Source: Chiloscyllium plagiosum (Eukaryota). From it: a stretch of 64,000 nucleotides of DNA. Below, in pieces: positions 24,171 to 37,802 of the stretch; position 1 is the stretch's first letter; each line of letters starts with the position of its first letter. A model generated the notes under the pieces. That model worked only from the letters and a program-made list of their open reading frames with translations, made no database searches and had not been told where the DNA came from. The stretch covers positions 30,902,902 to 30,966,901 of the forward strand of contig NC_057718.1 in the NCBI RefSeq assembly GCF_004010195.1. Direction: 5' to 3'. Position numbers and translations under genes: made by a program.

Positions 24171-24816
24171 AGAGTCATACAGTCATAGAGATGTACAGCA
24201 CGGAAACAGTCCGTTTCGTCCAACTCATCCATGCCGACCAAATGTCCCAACCCAATCTAGTCTCACCTGCAGCACCCGGCCTATATCCATCCAAACCCTT
24301 CCTATTCACATACCCATCTAGATGCCTTTTAAATGTTGCAATTGTACTAGCCTTCACCACTTCCTCTGGCGGCCTATCCATGCACACACCACCCTCTGCA
24401 TGAAAAGTTTGCCCCTTAGATCTCTTTTACATCTTCCCCTCTCACCCTAAACCTATGTCTTCTAGTTCTGGACTCCCCCATCCAGGGAAAAGACCTTGTC
24501 TATTTACCCATTCCATGCCCCTCGTGATTTTATAAACCTCTATAAGGTCACCCCTTAGCCTCTGATGCTCCAGGAAAAAATGCCCTACCTATTTAACCTC
24601 TCCCTATAGTTCAAAGCCTCCAATCCTGACACCATCCTTGTAAATCTTTTCTGAACCCTTTCAAGTTTCACAACATCCTTCCAATAGGAAGGAGACCAGA
24701 ATTGCATGCAGCATTCCAAAAGTAGCCTAACCAATGTTCTGTACAGCCACAACATAATCTCCCAACTTCTGTTCTCAATACTCTGACCAATAAAGGCAAG
24801 TATATCAAATGCCTTC
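24171..24816 (-). mobile_element. CR1 3' fragment, same subfamily as 7514-10275
   Basis: ORF 24175-24387 PEEVVKASTIATFKRHLDGYVNR; near-identical to 7520-8160. Confidence 0.93.
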
Positions 24817-25189
24817 TGGAAATGCTTAGTGTGTTAGACAGCATCTATTGAGAGAGAAACAAAGTTAACATTTCAGATATCTGGTGCTATTTTGTAACTG
24901 ACCACTAGTAGCTCATGTGGCTTGATTTTTCCTGCCGTCATGTTAGTGTCTGTGAATACCATATTAATTATAATAGTTAAGTTAAGGATATACAGATGGA
25001 GGTCATTGATTGCTTAAGTACCTTGAGCATATATGTTACAGAAGATGTACCCCGAACTTGGCTCAGTGACTAAGTGGCTGTCTTCAAGTCTGCAGATTGT
25101 GGCTTCATGTAGCACGTCAAGACTTGAGCATCAAATCAGGCTCATCCTTTTTGTGTAGGTTGGAGTCCCTATTCAATTGAAAGAGCTAC

Positions 25190-25480
25190 TTCGCAACTTT
25201 TCACCATTCTTCAGCCCCATGCTCTTTATCTTTGGTGACGCAAGGAAGCGGGGTTGGGCAAATCAGAGGACTTCCTTATATGTGGCTAAGGTGACCCAGG
25301 CAGTAGACCAAGAAGATCATTAACCCTAACTGCCTGCCTCTCTTCCATGTTTATGTCTGCAACTATGTGTCTTGGGAGACAGAATGTATGGCATCCATTG
25401 GTATACTTGAGACCTTCAGCAACTGATGAGTACCAAAGAGGCCGGAGTACAGTATTTCTGCTCAAGCCAATATTTTAATT
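25190..25480 (+). mobile_element. Tx1-like (L1 clade) LINE 3' fragment, copy 1
   Basis: Paralogous to 25740-26100 (CAGCCCCATGCTCTTTATCTTTGG..CTGCCTGCCTCTCTTCCA..TACTTGAGACCTTC). Confidence 0.5.
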
Positions 25481-25739
25481 TATTTTTAAATTTGCTTTGA
25501 AAATTTGAATTTTGGAACAGTGCCCCTTTAAACTTTAAAGTTTGCTTAATTTGAGTTAATTGGCTTTAATTAAATGTTTATCAAATGAAAATTCAAGCAC
25601 TAGCTCTGTTTGGATATAGTGTGGGGGTTTATATTTAAAAAAATGAAAATAAAGAGTGGTGTAGTCTGAGTTTGACTCAGTAATGAACGCAGCTGCCTCC
25701 AAATCTGAAGTTTGTGGATTCAAACAACACTAGAGCACC

Positions 25740-26100
25740 AAATAGGGTGCCACAACTTTTGTATAGATTGCATAAGGTGGAGTCCTTTTTATTATTTTAA
25801 GCATCTACCTCTCTCCTTCTACTTGCACTACAGTCCCACACTCTTGATCTTTGGCGACAGAGTCCTCATTGCCCTGCTTTGGGGCTTAGCCAAAGTGATG
25901 ATTAACACATTCAAGCAGCAAGTTGTTGAGGAAGTCATCAGACCTAACCTTCTGCCTCTCTTCCAAGTTATGTCCCCATCTGGGTGTTTCTGGAGAGACA
26001 GCCTACAGTGCTCACCAGTACACTTGAGGTCTTCTGTGGTCACAGGGGAGGATTGAGTGTATAATTAATCCCCAAAATCATTTTTCAATTTGATAAGTTT
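25740..26100 (+). mobile_element. Tx1-like (L1 clade) LINE 3' fragment, copy 2
   Basis: ORF 25712-26056 SPTLLIFG...LL.GLAKV.I......LPLF resembles the Tx1 ORF2 C-terminus. Confidence 0.55.
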
Positions 26101-26199
26101 CCTTTGATTTTGATTTTGACTTTGATGCATAAATGTTACAAGGATTAATCATTCACTTATTTTATTTGTTTTCAAAAAGGGTATGAAGACAGAATTCTA

Positions 26200-26315
26200 G
26201 GGCTCTTGTGGTGCAGTGGAAGTGTCCCAATCTCTGGGCTGGAAGATCTGGGATCAAGTCCCACCTACCTGAGATCTGTGTCATGACATATCTGAATAGG
26301 TTCATTCAATATACC
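26200..26315 (+). mobile_element. Short tRNA-derived SINE
   Basis: A box TGGTGCAGTGG and B box GGATCAAGTCCC; similar fragment at ~45550-45630; no intact cloverleaf. Confidence 0.65.
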
Positions 26316-28292
26316 CAAGAAGAGTATCTGAGCCATTTGGATTAGGACATCTCAGTCTAAATCTGTGGTCTGTGAAAAATTGGTTGATCTTTGGTGAAGT
26401 GTTGATAGTAGTACAAAAATTGGCCTCAGGATAAATGGATTTAAAGAGATGGAAACAAACAGACATGCTAGTCCTTCAGTTTGGACAGTTGCCAAGCTGT
26501 CATTGTCCATACTGAATAATGGCCTCTTGGGTGAAGTTCCAAAAGGTGTTTAATATCCATGAAACTCTACATAACAAAGTCAACAAGACTGAAATTGATT
26601 TTAAACAGATAGTAGTGAATCAACAGTTTGCATTACAATCCAACCGATAATTTTCTGTTCGAATCAATCACAGGTTGTAAATCGGGCTACCAATTCATTA
26701 TCTTCTATTGGTGTTATACTAACAAAATCAATTTTGCCACAACGTATTTAAAGCAAAAGTGATAACTGTATTTAAAAACAATGCTTCCACATTAATATGT
26801 TGAATTAGATGTTTAATTGGTATTTTATAAATTTTCAGACACTCACTCAAACACCAAACTGACAAGTCCAAAAGTGATGACGTTCAAAATAATAACAGCT
26901 ATAAATATAACAATGCGAGAAACCAGCTTCCTCTCCCTTTCCTTCTCCCTATTCCTAACTTTATTTTGATCCCATCAATTCCACAGTAAATTCTTACTAA
27001 AGCCAACAAGGCCACACAGAACAGTTCATCTAAATAAATGCCAATATAAAAGAGCCTAACACAATCTCAACTTTATTTATACATTTACATCTCAAAATGA
27101 ATTGGTTCCAGCACGTTTTTGTTTCTTTTTGAATAATAATAAGCCTAATTACTAATCCCTTCCCCCAACCATGCTATTTAATGAACTGAAGAGCCTTTAC
27201 TTTGAGAAATATGCCTATTTAATTTCCAAATCAATTTAAAGTGTGTCACTAACAATTTTTAGATTAAAGGCAGACATCAACATTTACTAAAACTATTAGA
27301 GTGGTATATTGAGGAAAACAGAATACAAAAATGAATACTAGTTACTTAACCTTGAAAGCCATGACGGTTTCCTGCCTGAAAAGCTTGTGATTTCTCGTTA
27401 ACTATTCATTATTTGTCAGGGACATCTGTGACCTACTCTTGTTACAGTATTACCATTTGAATTGACCTAGCAATACAACAGATTGTGGAATAGGCAAGTG
27501 CGCATCAGCATAAGCATGTAAACTGCTACAGAATATAATTAATGTGTGATTTAATGCTATCAAATAACACTACATCTGGGCTAATTTGGGTTTTGAATGA
27601 GCAGAGGTTGATGGACTGCCTGTTCACTTTTCTCTCAAATTGGAAGAGCGGCCCTCCACACATAGCGTGCTGACTTGATGCACGTGACAATATATCCCTT
27701 ATGTATTTCTTCCTTTCCAAATTATGGCTATCTTTTTGTCAAATAAATAGCAAGATAACTTCTAAATTGTATCTGGATGCAGTCAGTGTTACATAATTAT
27801 TTCAGTAAAGTAACTTCCACACATATACCTGTAAAAATTGAAACTCAACTCTACGACTTCAGTGCTACTGTTTACTCCAGTAATGCGGTCCTGATTATTT
27901 ACAATTTCTGACAACCCAACTGAGACCAACCTAAGTTTTCACCAGCAAAAATAGATGGCATTCATTTATATAGTGCCTTTTATGACTACTGGACATCTCC
28001 AAGCACATTACTATCAATTAAGTTCTTTTAAAGTGTAGGCAGATTATGAAATAGTTTCTGTTCTTATGTGCTTTACTACTGATCTCATCAAACTTGTAGT
28101 TATGAATTTAGGGTTAGGCAATTATCCATACCCTCAACTTTCTATCCAAAGCCCAGGTGAGCTTGTACCTCTCATCTGGCCTCAACACGCCCAATTCTGG
28201 AATATTCCAGTTATCATAGAATCCCTACAAAGTGAAAGCAGGCCAGTTGGCCCATCGAGTTCATGTTGATCCTTCAAACACATACCATAATT

Positions 28293-28690
28293 CATTGGAA
28301 TTTAGAAGAATGAAGGTTCAAATAAAACCTACAAAATTCTAACAGGACTAAACAGAGTAAACACAGAAAGGATGTTCCCAATGACTAGGGAGTCCAGAAC
28401 CAAGAGTCACAGTCTAATGATACGGGGAAGGCTATTTAGTACTGAGGTGAGAAACATTTTCTTCACCCAGAAAACAGTGAGCCTGTGGAATTATCTGCCA
28501 CAGAAAGTGGTTTTGCCCAAAACATTGAGAAGGAGTTAGGTGTACTTCTTAGGACTAAAGGGGTCAAAGGGTGTAGAATGAAAGTGGAAACAGGATACTG
28601 AGGAGGATGATCAGCCATGATCATATTTAATGGTGAAGTAAGCTTGAAGGGTTAAATGGCCTACTCCTGCTCCTATTTTCTATGTTTGTA
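28293..28690 (+). mobile_element. CR1 3' fragment
   Basis: LEFRRM..TYKILTGL.RV...MFP...SRTKSHSL..HFFTQ..V.LWN.LP; 3' UTR GGCCTACTCCTGCTCCTATTTTCTATG. Confidence 0.88.
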
Positions 28691-29789
28691 ATTATGACTG
28701 TAGGCCAATGACAGTGCAGGTTCAAACTAGCAAAGAAGATATACACCAATAATATTCTTCAGAGACAATATTCTTCCATTATCTCATGTAATGGATTCTA
28801 GGTAGAACAATAGAAGCAAAAAGCTGGGAAAGAGGCATGGAAGATGTATTTTGCTGTGCTTGCAGTGATGAAATGGTCTGGAAGTTGTCCTGGACAAATA
28901 TCAGGAGGGTGATCCAACATAGACTGAGTGTCCCACTTGCTTTAATTTTGTAATACTATTTTTAAAATAGATAATGGTTTTTATTTTTCACTAATGTTAT
29001 CTCATTTAGAAGAAGGACACTGGAGCAAGGGGTTCTAAACACTAAAGGTTATTGCATTATACATACCTGCTCACCGCAAATCAAAATTGCAAAATATATT
29101 CAGTTCTGATAATTATAATTTGCATGCTGTATTATAATCGCATATGGTTAGAAAAGCAAGCATTTTCTTTTAGAAATCCATTAAAAATGTTTACTTTCCA
29201 ATTATTCACTAACAGTGCCATTACATGACAGTTTCTGTCTTGATGAAAGTCTATTTCAGATATGCACCAAAACAAATCTGTCTGCATAATTTGGGAGTCA
29301 AGTTGACATCCTCATTACTGAGCATGCTAAAACAACTACACTTCTAACAGGTAGCATCAATGCTGTAGTAAATGCTATATTTTAACAGTGTCCAGATGTT
29401 CCAATGGTTCTCCTGGCAAATTTTCAAGCACCATGGAGCCATATTAATGTTCTGAGAAGCAATTATTTTCATTGTTCTCAGAAAATTAAAAATTGTCCAC
29501 CTGAAAATAGACTTCCACAACTGTCTAAAACTTGTATTATTCTGTTGGTGAACTTACTGCAAGCTGAGCCCACTGCATAACGTAGTCTGTCAGCTGCCTA
29601 TTGCACAATATAATATGCATTCTTTAGTCATTGAGAATGAATCAAAACAGCTGCTAATATGATGACTCAAAGTTTGAACCCACAAAACCAACTCACTGTG
29701 TTTACTTTATTTAAGCATGTGATTGTATTCTGAGTGCATATTCGTGGATCAATAGGTTATCAATGCATTTACTCATATCAAGTGCCCAT

Positions 29790-31950
29790 TTTGCACATTG
29801 AGCCCATACTAACTCTCTATAAAGCAACTGAATCAGTGTCATTTCTCCACTTTTAATCTCCATCATCCTGAAAGTTTATTTCCTTCAAATATCCTTCCAT
29901 TTTTCTTTTGAAATCATTCATTATCTTCACTTAAGACATCCTTAGCGTCAGTTCCAAGTCATCAATGCACACTGCATAAAAATATTCTTCCTCTCCTGCC
30001 CTGTACATCACTTTCCTAAAATCTTAAGTCTGTTTCTCTGGTCCTTGTACCAGAAAAGTAAAGAAAATAGCTTTACTTGCTCCATCTCACCTAAACCTGT
30101 TATAATGTTGAACATTGCACTTCACTTCCTTTGCTCCAAACAAGTAACATCAGCTTTTCCAACTTAATCTTGTAACTAAAGTTCCTCATCCCTGGAAAAA
30201 TTCTGATAAAACTCTTCTGTACCCTCTCAAGGACCATGTTGTAATCTCGCTATGGCCCTACCAAAGTTTTGTAAAAGTTCAGATTAACTTTCCAGTTTTT
30301 ATACCCAATACCTCTGTCTTCTTTATTTTGCTATTTTTTTCTATCTATGTGTCCGGCCACCCTCAAGCATCTGTGCACCTGGTTGCAATGATCCCTCTGT
30401 GCATCCTGTTTAGAATTGTGTTATTAAACTGTGATATTTCCTCTTACTGTCTCTTCTACAAAAACGTATAACTTCATATTCCTCTGTCTTCAGTTCCAAG
30501 TGCTAGTTGTCTGCCCATCCTGCTCATCTATGTATGTCCTGTTGTAGTTGCTTGAGATCATCCAGACCATTTGCCACATCTCTAGGTTTGTTCTCATAAA
30601 GAAATTTTGAAGTATCTTTCTGTACTCCAGTATTCAAGTCACTTATATATGCGTTGACAAAGACATTAGCCCTAGGACTGACACTTGGGGAACATCGCTG
30701 TCTGAAATCAGCCACTTACCACAACTTATTTTCTGTTCTTAAGCCAATTTTTTCTATCCAGTTGGATATTGACTTCCTTCTTCCATGTGCCTCAGTTTTG
30801 TTAACCAGCCATTTAAGTGGTATATTGTCAACATTTTCCTAAAATCAATACAGACAACTTCTCTGTTATTTCATAAAAATTCAATCTGCCTTTACAAATC
30901 CATGCTGGCCCTCCTTGATCTACTCAAATCTCTCTAAGGCTTGCCGATTTTTTCCTTGATGTTCATTTCTATGACTTTTCCAAAGTGATATTAAACTTAC
31001 CAGTCGATGGACAGTAGGAATGTTGCACATTCTTGAAGAAAAAGTTCCATATTGGCCACTCTCTCTAATTCTTTGGCACTTTTCCCATACCTAGGGAAGA
31101 ATGTAAGTTTTTGATCAGTCCTTCTGTGAACTCTATCTCCATTTTCTTTAGCAACTTGGGGTGCAAACCTTCTGGACCAGGGGATTTATTCATTCTTAAG
31201 CACTCCAGTACATCCTGCCAATCAATTTTCTTCATAATTGCGACCTCTATCCAGTCTGTCTCTATCAATATTTTATCAGCATAGTTTCCTTACTAAACAC
31301 CAATACAAGTGCTCCAGTTATGAACCAGTCTCTGAGCATATAGCATCCTTTTTACATTCCGAATAGGACACAACCCACTTTCTTCAGCCCATTCATTATT
31401 TACTTGTTTCCAAATCAACTTTTTGTACTGGGATTGCTTCTAACTTGAAGAATTCATCAGAAATGCACCATTCATTCTCTTTTCTTCATCATACTCTCCA
31501 TCACCTTCATTATCCTAGGAGATCTAGCTTTTGTTCCAATACATTTTCGGAATGGACGTGCTTATCTTCTTGTGGAGGAAGAGCCTAAATAGGTGCTACA
31601 ATTGGCACTAGGAATTCCAATAGGGAATTCAAAAAAAACTTGTGAGAATTGAACTCGCTGTAACAGAAAATAGTTGTAGCAAATTTTAGAAGTTCATTTA
31701 AGAACAAACTAAACAAGCATATGAGAGAGAAAATAATTTAGTAATTGTATCTTGAATTGTTTTTTGCACTTCTCTATTACTGAAACCCATTACAATGGTC
31801 ATGTTGCCACAACAGACACAAACACATAATCTGCTTATTCCATTTCATTCCTCAGCACCAGATCCAGCAATGCCATCTTCACGGTTGGAGCAAAAACATA
31901 CTGGTCAAGGAAGTTCTGAACACATTTAAAAAATCTTCACTTCATTTCAC
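29790..31950 (-). mobile_element. Old decayed CR1 (with a small opposite-strand CR1 piece at ~31600-31735)
   Basis: ORFs 30524-30715 (ISDL..GV...SKF...LQQDIHR) and 31065-31268 (KSPGPEGLHPKLLK). Confidence 0.75.
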
Positions 31951-33619
31951 TTTGCTCTAACATTTTATAATAAGTTATATTTGTGTAATTAACTTTTCCT
32001 ACATTAAGTACTCTATAGTTTATCTTGTTGTTTGAAAGACTATAGAATATTCCTGTGGCTTGAACATACATTTCTTGGTTCTGTGTTACACTTTGTGTTG
32101 TTAAAAGAGGAAAAGCCTCACATCTGCCTACACTTCTACAGTGTTGAAGTCCTTAAAATAATGGTCTGAGACTCTCAATACGCTGAAGTCACCGTGAGGT
32201 TACTTTCTGATTCTTCAATTTTGTGCTGATTTAGTTAAACCATACAAGGAACTCTTTTCTCCAAGGAGCCTGACAATATTGAATTAATCTGAAATTCAGA
32301 CATTATTGAACACAGCAATACATTAAGAGATTTTGAATACCAGTACCTAAATCTTAACTATATGTGGAGTGAACTATCAAAAAAGGTAGTTGTCATATAT
32401 TTTTCCCTATTTTGAACTCTGATATCCTGTAGTTCTGATATTGGTAACATTAACACTATGATGAAGTCCTCTTTATTGACAAGCTTTAAAATTATTGTAC
32501 CAAGACCCTTGCAGGAATTCAGGATTTGAGTCATGTAAGTTGGAGCCATTTATGGAAAAAGTAATTGTCTTTCCAACAGACACAAATGGTTACAGTTAAC
32601 CAAAAACGTTATGAACCTTTTTGGTTTCTAAATAATTTAATCATGTTGACATATTTTCATTATTAAATCTTGAATCTTTTTGTCTGTTAGGGAAATAACT
32701 GTTTCATTGATCAATGGAGCTATAGATGTAAAAATATTTGCATTTTGACTATCATGAAGCGCTATTAACATTACTTCAAATGGGATTCATCTTGGGATAT
32801 TTCTTGGTTATGTGTAATTTACACAAAGAATGGCATATTGCATGTGAACTTAAGAAAACATGGTGTGCAAAAAGGCCATTTGACATACTAAACTTTGTCA
32901 CAGTTTGGAGCACTTTCACCTTCAACCAGTAGATTGATGGTTCAAGATCAACTGATCCACATAATCACCTTGTGATGCAAAATGAATTTTGCACTGTTAG
33001 AATTAAATTAAATGTACAATTAAGTCCATATCAGCTTATTCCAATGGTTCAATCGCACATTAAAGATCCAATGACACCATGGTAGAAACGTTAAGAGTTC
33101 TTTGGTGTCCCAACTAATGTTTCTTTAACCACTACAATAAAATAATTATTCCTGTAACTGTGTCCTCACAATAACACTGAATATGTTTACAAGCAGGTTA
33201 CCCAATGAACATGATTTCAGATTTATCTGAGAATTTAGGTTTGATAAATATGTCTGCTTTTCCCTTTCACACCTATAACTTTGGCTTAGAATCTATTCTA
33301 TCTTGGGAACTGTACAATCCATCTAATTCTCTGAGGTAAGATTATGTAAAATCATCTTATTCTAAACAAAAAACAAGAACACTCCAGAATATTTACTTAA
33401 AATTATACCCCACATTTCACATCCAATGGTTTTTTTTCAAACCATCATTTTTCTGTCGGAAACAACAAATCTTTACATGCTAATAAATTCATTTTACTGC
33501 TATTGATAACTCTCAACTCAGTTCCAAATAATAAATTCCTCCAGTTTTATTCTATTAACACATCATTATATATTTTGTCTGGATTCCATTCCATATCAAG
33601 ACATTAATAGTTGTCATAC

Positions 33620-33673
33620 GGGTTTGACCGAAGGGTCTATTTCCAAACTGTACATCTCTATGACTCTATGACA
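33620..33673 (+). mobile_element. Extreme 3' stub of CR1
   Basis: GACCGAAGGGTCTATTTCC..CTGTACATCTCTATGACTCTATGAC equals the CR1 terminus seen at 7514 and 34985. Confidence 0.8.
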
Positions 33674-33755
33674 CTAAATGAACAATGAGCAGATCTTAAG
33701 AGAGTAAACCCAGTTTTAAACCAACGTACTTATCCAGAGCAGTATGTACATTGAT

Positions 33756-34985
33756 AAAGAGTATTGATGAGGGCAGAGCAGTGGATGTGACCTATATGGA
33801 CTTCAGTGTTCGACAAGGTTCCCCATGGGAGACAGGTGAGCAAGGTTAGATCTCATGGAATACAGGGAGAACTCGCCATTTGGATACAGAACTGGCTCAG
33901 TGGTAGAATACAGAGGGTGATGGTGGAGGGTTGTTTTTCAGACTGGAGGCCTGTGACCAGTGGAGTGCCACAAGGATCGGTGCTGGGTCCACTACTTTTC
34001 GTCATTTATATAAATGATTATGATGTGAGCATAAAAGGTAGAGTTAGTAAGTTTGCTGATTGACACCAAAATTGGAGATGTAGTGGACAGTGAAGTAGGT
34101 TATCTCAGATTACAACAGGATCTTGATCAAATGGGCCAATGGGCTGAGGAGTGGCAGATGGAGTTTAATTTAGATAAGTGTGAGGTGCTGCATTTTGGGA
34201 AAGCAAATCTTAGCAGGACTTATACACTTAATGGTAAGGTCCTAGGGAGTGTTACTGAACAAAGAAACCTTGGAGTGCAGGTTCATAGCTCCTTGAAAGT
34301 GAAATTGCAGGTAGACAAGATAGTGAAGAAGCCGTTTAGTGTGCTTTTCTTTATTGGTCAGAGTATTGAGTACAGGAGTTGGGAGGACATGTTGTGGCTG
34401 TATAGGACATTGGTTAGGCCACTTTTGGAAGATTGCGTGCAATTCTGGTCTCCTTACTATCGGAACAATGTTGTGAAACTTGAAAGGGTTCAGAAAGGAT
34501 TTACAAGGATGTTGCCAGGATTGTAGGATTTGAGCTATAGGAAGAGGCTGAATAGGCTGGGGATGTTTTCCCTGGAGCATCGGACATTCAGGGGGTGATC
34601 TTAGAGATGTTTATAAAATAATGAAGGGCATGGATAGGATAAATAGACAAAGTCTTTTCCCTGGGGTGGGGGTGTCCAGAACTAGAGGGCATAGGTTTAG
34701 GGTGAGAGGGGAAAGATATAAAAGGGGCCTAAGGGGCAACTTTTTCACACAGACGGTGGTACCTGTATGGAATGAGCTACCAGAGGAAGTGGTGGAGGCT
34801 GGTACAATTACAATGCCTAAAAGGCATCTGGATGGGTATATGAATAGGAAGGGCTTTGAGGGATATGGGCCCAGTGCTGGCAAGTGGAACTTGATAAGGT
34901 TGGGATATCTGGTCAGCATGGACAAGTTGGACTGAAAGGTCTGTTTCTGTGCTGTAAATCTCTGTGACTCAATAACTCTGACTGT
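33756..34985 (+). mobile_element. 5'-truncated CR1 (RT to tail)
   Basis: ORFs 33806-34063 (FDKVPH..GVPQGSVLGPLLF..KFAD), 34053-34526 and 34621-34935. Confidence 0.95.
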
Positions 34986-35397
34986 TGTGTGATAATTCCA
35001 TGGTCTTTCCTTCAGTATAAGAAAACTACTGTTTTATAATTAACTACAAATTACAATAATTACCATTTTGGAGAAAGATTGTAATCCGACTTACATTTCA
35101 ACATTGATAACATTAACATAATAAAATATGGTGTAAATATTTCTCAGTTTGCCAACTTTATATTCACTTTTCCACTTTTCTCCTTAATCAAAAATAAGAA
35201 AGAAAATTGTAGAAAAGGCATAAGGAAGAGATAGTAGCCATTCAACTCTATTCCATAATTTGTCCAGCATCCCCAATTATTGTTCTGTCCTGTCTGATGA
35301 ATTTGGAAAGGAAATTGGGTCCTGGACAATGTCATCAAGGTGTCCAGTAACTCCTCTTACCTTTCTCCTCTAAGAGTACTTCTATTTGCCAGAAATG

Positions 35398-36468
35398 TGA
35401 TACAGGGAGATTTGGCTATCTGGATTCAGAATTAGCTGGCTGACAGAAGTGTAGATGGAAAGTATTGAGTGGGGTCCTGCAAGGCTCTATTCTGGGACCT
35501 CTACTCTTTGTAGTTTTTATAAATGACTTGGATGAGGAGGTTGAGGGGTGGGTTAGTAAATTTGCAGATGACACAAAGGATGGAGATGTCATCGATAGTA
35601 TAGAGGGCTCCTGCAGGCTGCAGTGCGACATAGACAGGATGCAGAGCTGGGCTGAGAAATGGCAGATGGAGTTCAACCTGGATAAATACGAAGTGCTGCA
35701 TTTTGGAAGGTCGAACTCGAATGCTGAATATAGGATTAGAGGCAGGCTTCTTGGCAGTGCGGAGGTACAGAGGGATCTGGGTGTGCAAGTACATAGATCC
35801 CTCAAAGTTGCCACCCAAGTGGATAGGGTTGATAAGAAAGCATATGGTGTTTTGGCTTTCCTTAACAGGGGGATCGAGTTTAAGAGCCGCGAGGTTTTAC
35901 TGCAGTTCTACAAGTCCCTGGTGAGACCCACACTTGGAATATTGTGTCCAGTTCTGGTCGCTCTACTATAGGAAAGATATAGAGGCTTTGTAGAGGGTGC
36001 AAAGAAGGTTTACCAGGATGCTGCCTGGACTGGAGGGCTTGCCTTATGAAAAAAGGTTGAATAAGCTCAGACTTTTCTCTCTGGAAAGAAGGAAGAAGAG
36101 AGAAGACCTGATAGAGGTGTACAAAATAATGAGAGGAATAGAAAGAGTCAATAGACAGAGACTTATCTCCAGGGCAGGATTGACTGATACGAGGAGTCAT
36201 AGTTTGAAGATATTAGGAGGAAGGTACAAAGGAGACGTCAGAGGTAGGTTCTTTACTCAGAGAGCTGTGAATGCATGGAATGTGTTGCCAGCTGTGGTGG
36301 TGGAAGCAGAGTCATTGGGGACATTTAAGCGACTGCTAGACATGCATATGGATAGCAGTGAGTTGAGGGGTGCGTAGGTTAAGTTACTATATTTTACATT
36401 AGGATTAAATCTCGGCACAACATCGTGGGCCAAAGGGCCTGTTCTGTGCTGTACTTTTCTATGTTCTA
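35398..36468 (+). mobile_element. 5'-truncated CR1, second subfamily
   Basis: ORFs 35465-35971 (QGSILGPLLF..FADDTK) and 35997-36377; tail TTTTCTATGTTCTA. Confidence 0.95.
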
Positions 36469-36589
36469 AATCTGATAGCCCAGATCTACTATTCATAATA
36501 AAACGTCAGTTACTCAGATCTACCTTCATGACAGAGTTCAATATTCACCAAATAAGAATGCCATTGAGAAAGAAGGATTCTACAGAGGA

Positions 36590-37800
36590 ATAATTCAACC
36601 ATGGTTAATCATGGATGTTAAGCATAGCATCAAATTGAACAAAACACATACATTGTGATAAAGATTCGAAATAAGATAGAGGATTGGGAAAGTTTAAGAA
36701 ACCAACAAAAGATTACCAAAGAAATAAAAATGGAGAAAATAAACATTGAGGGAAATCTTGTAAGTAGTATCAAGAAAGACAACAGAAGCTTCTTCAAATA
36801 AAAAGGAAGAGAGCGATCAAAATGAACACAGACCCCTTAGAAAATGAGACTGATGAAACAATAATGGGGAACCTTGAAATGGAAGAGAAGTTGAATAAAT
36901 AATTTGCTTTAGTATTCATGTTAAAAGATACCAATAGCATTCCAGAGATATTAAATAATCAAGGATAAAGGGAAGAGGAAACTAATGCTCTTACTAGAGA
37001 AAAAGTATTAGGAAAACTAATGGGGCTAAAGACTGGTAAGTCCCTTTAGTCTGATGGGATGCATCCTAGGATATTAAAAGAAATAGTAGAGATACCGATT
37101 GTAGTCTTCCAAGAATCCTTTGATTCAGGAAAAGTGTTGAATGATTGGAAAACTGCTAATTATTTTATTCAAATTTTTATTATTCAAAAATGGAAAGGGA
37201 AAGAAAAAAGTTAGGCCAGTTAGCTTAACATCTCAAATGGGAAATGTTAGTCTATTATAAAGGATGCAATAACAGAGTATTTAGAAATACATAATATACG
37301 CAAGCAGAGTTGACATGACCACATGAATGGGAAATCATTTTTGACAAATTTATTACAACTCTTTGAGGAGGTGACAAGCAGGATAGATAAAGGGAAAGGA
37401 ATGCATTTGGATTTCCAGAAAACATTAGATAAGGCACATGTTAGGCTATTTAAACAGATAAGGGCACATGGCATTGAAGATAGTATCTTAGCAAGGATAA
37501 AGGATTAGCTAACAATAAAAACAGACAGTTGGGATAAGGGATGAAGGGCATTTTCAGGATGACAACCTGTAACTAATGGAGTACCACTGGAATCAGTGCT
37601 GGAACCATAATGGTTTGGATGAGGAAAGTGAATGCGTAACACCAGGTTTGCAGATGTCACAATGAGTTTACAGAGGGATATAGACAGATTAAGTGAATGG
37701 GCCAAAACCTGGCAGTTGGAATGTAATTTGGGAAAATGTGAGGTTATGTAGTTCAGCAGGAAAATTAGAAGAGCTGACTATTATTTTAAAGGAGAAAGAA
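36590..37800 (+). mobile_element. Older decayed CR1; its probable 3' end resumes at ~39980-40120
   Basis: ORF 37323-37508 KSFLTNLLQLFEEVT..LDFQK.LDK..H; CR1 3' UTR remnant at 39980-40120. Confidence 0.75.
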
Positions 37801-37802
37801 AC

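Noticed and set aside
26200..26270. Possible tRNA gene
   Set aside because: A and B boxes are present but there is no cloverleaf or terminator; it is a SINE head.
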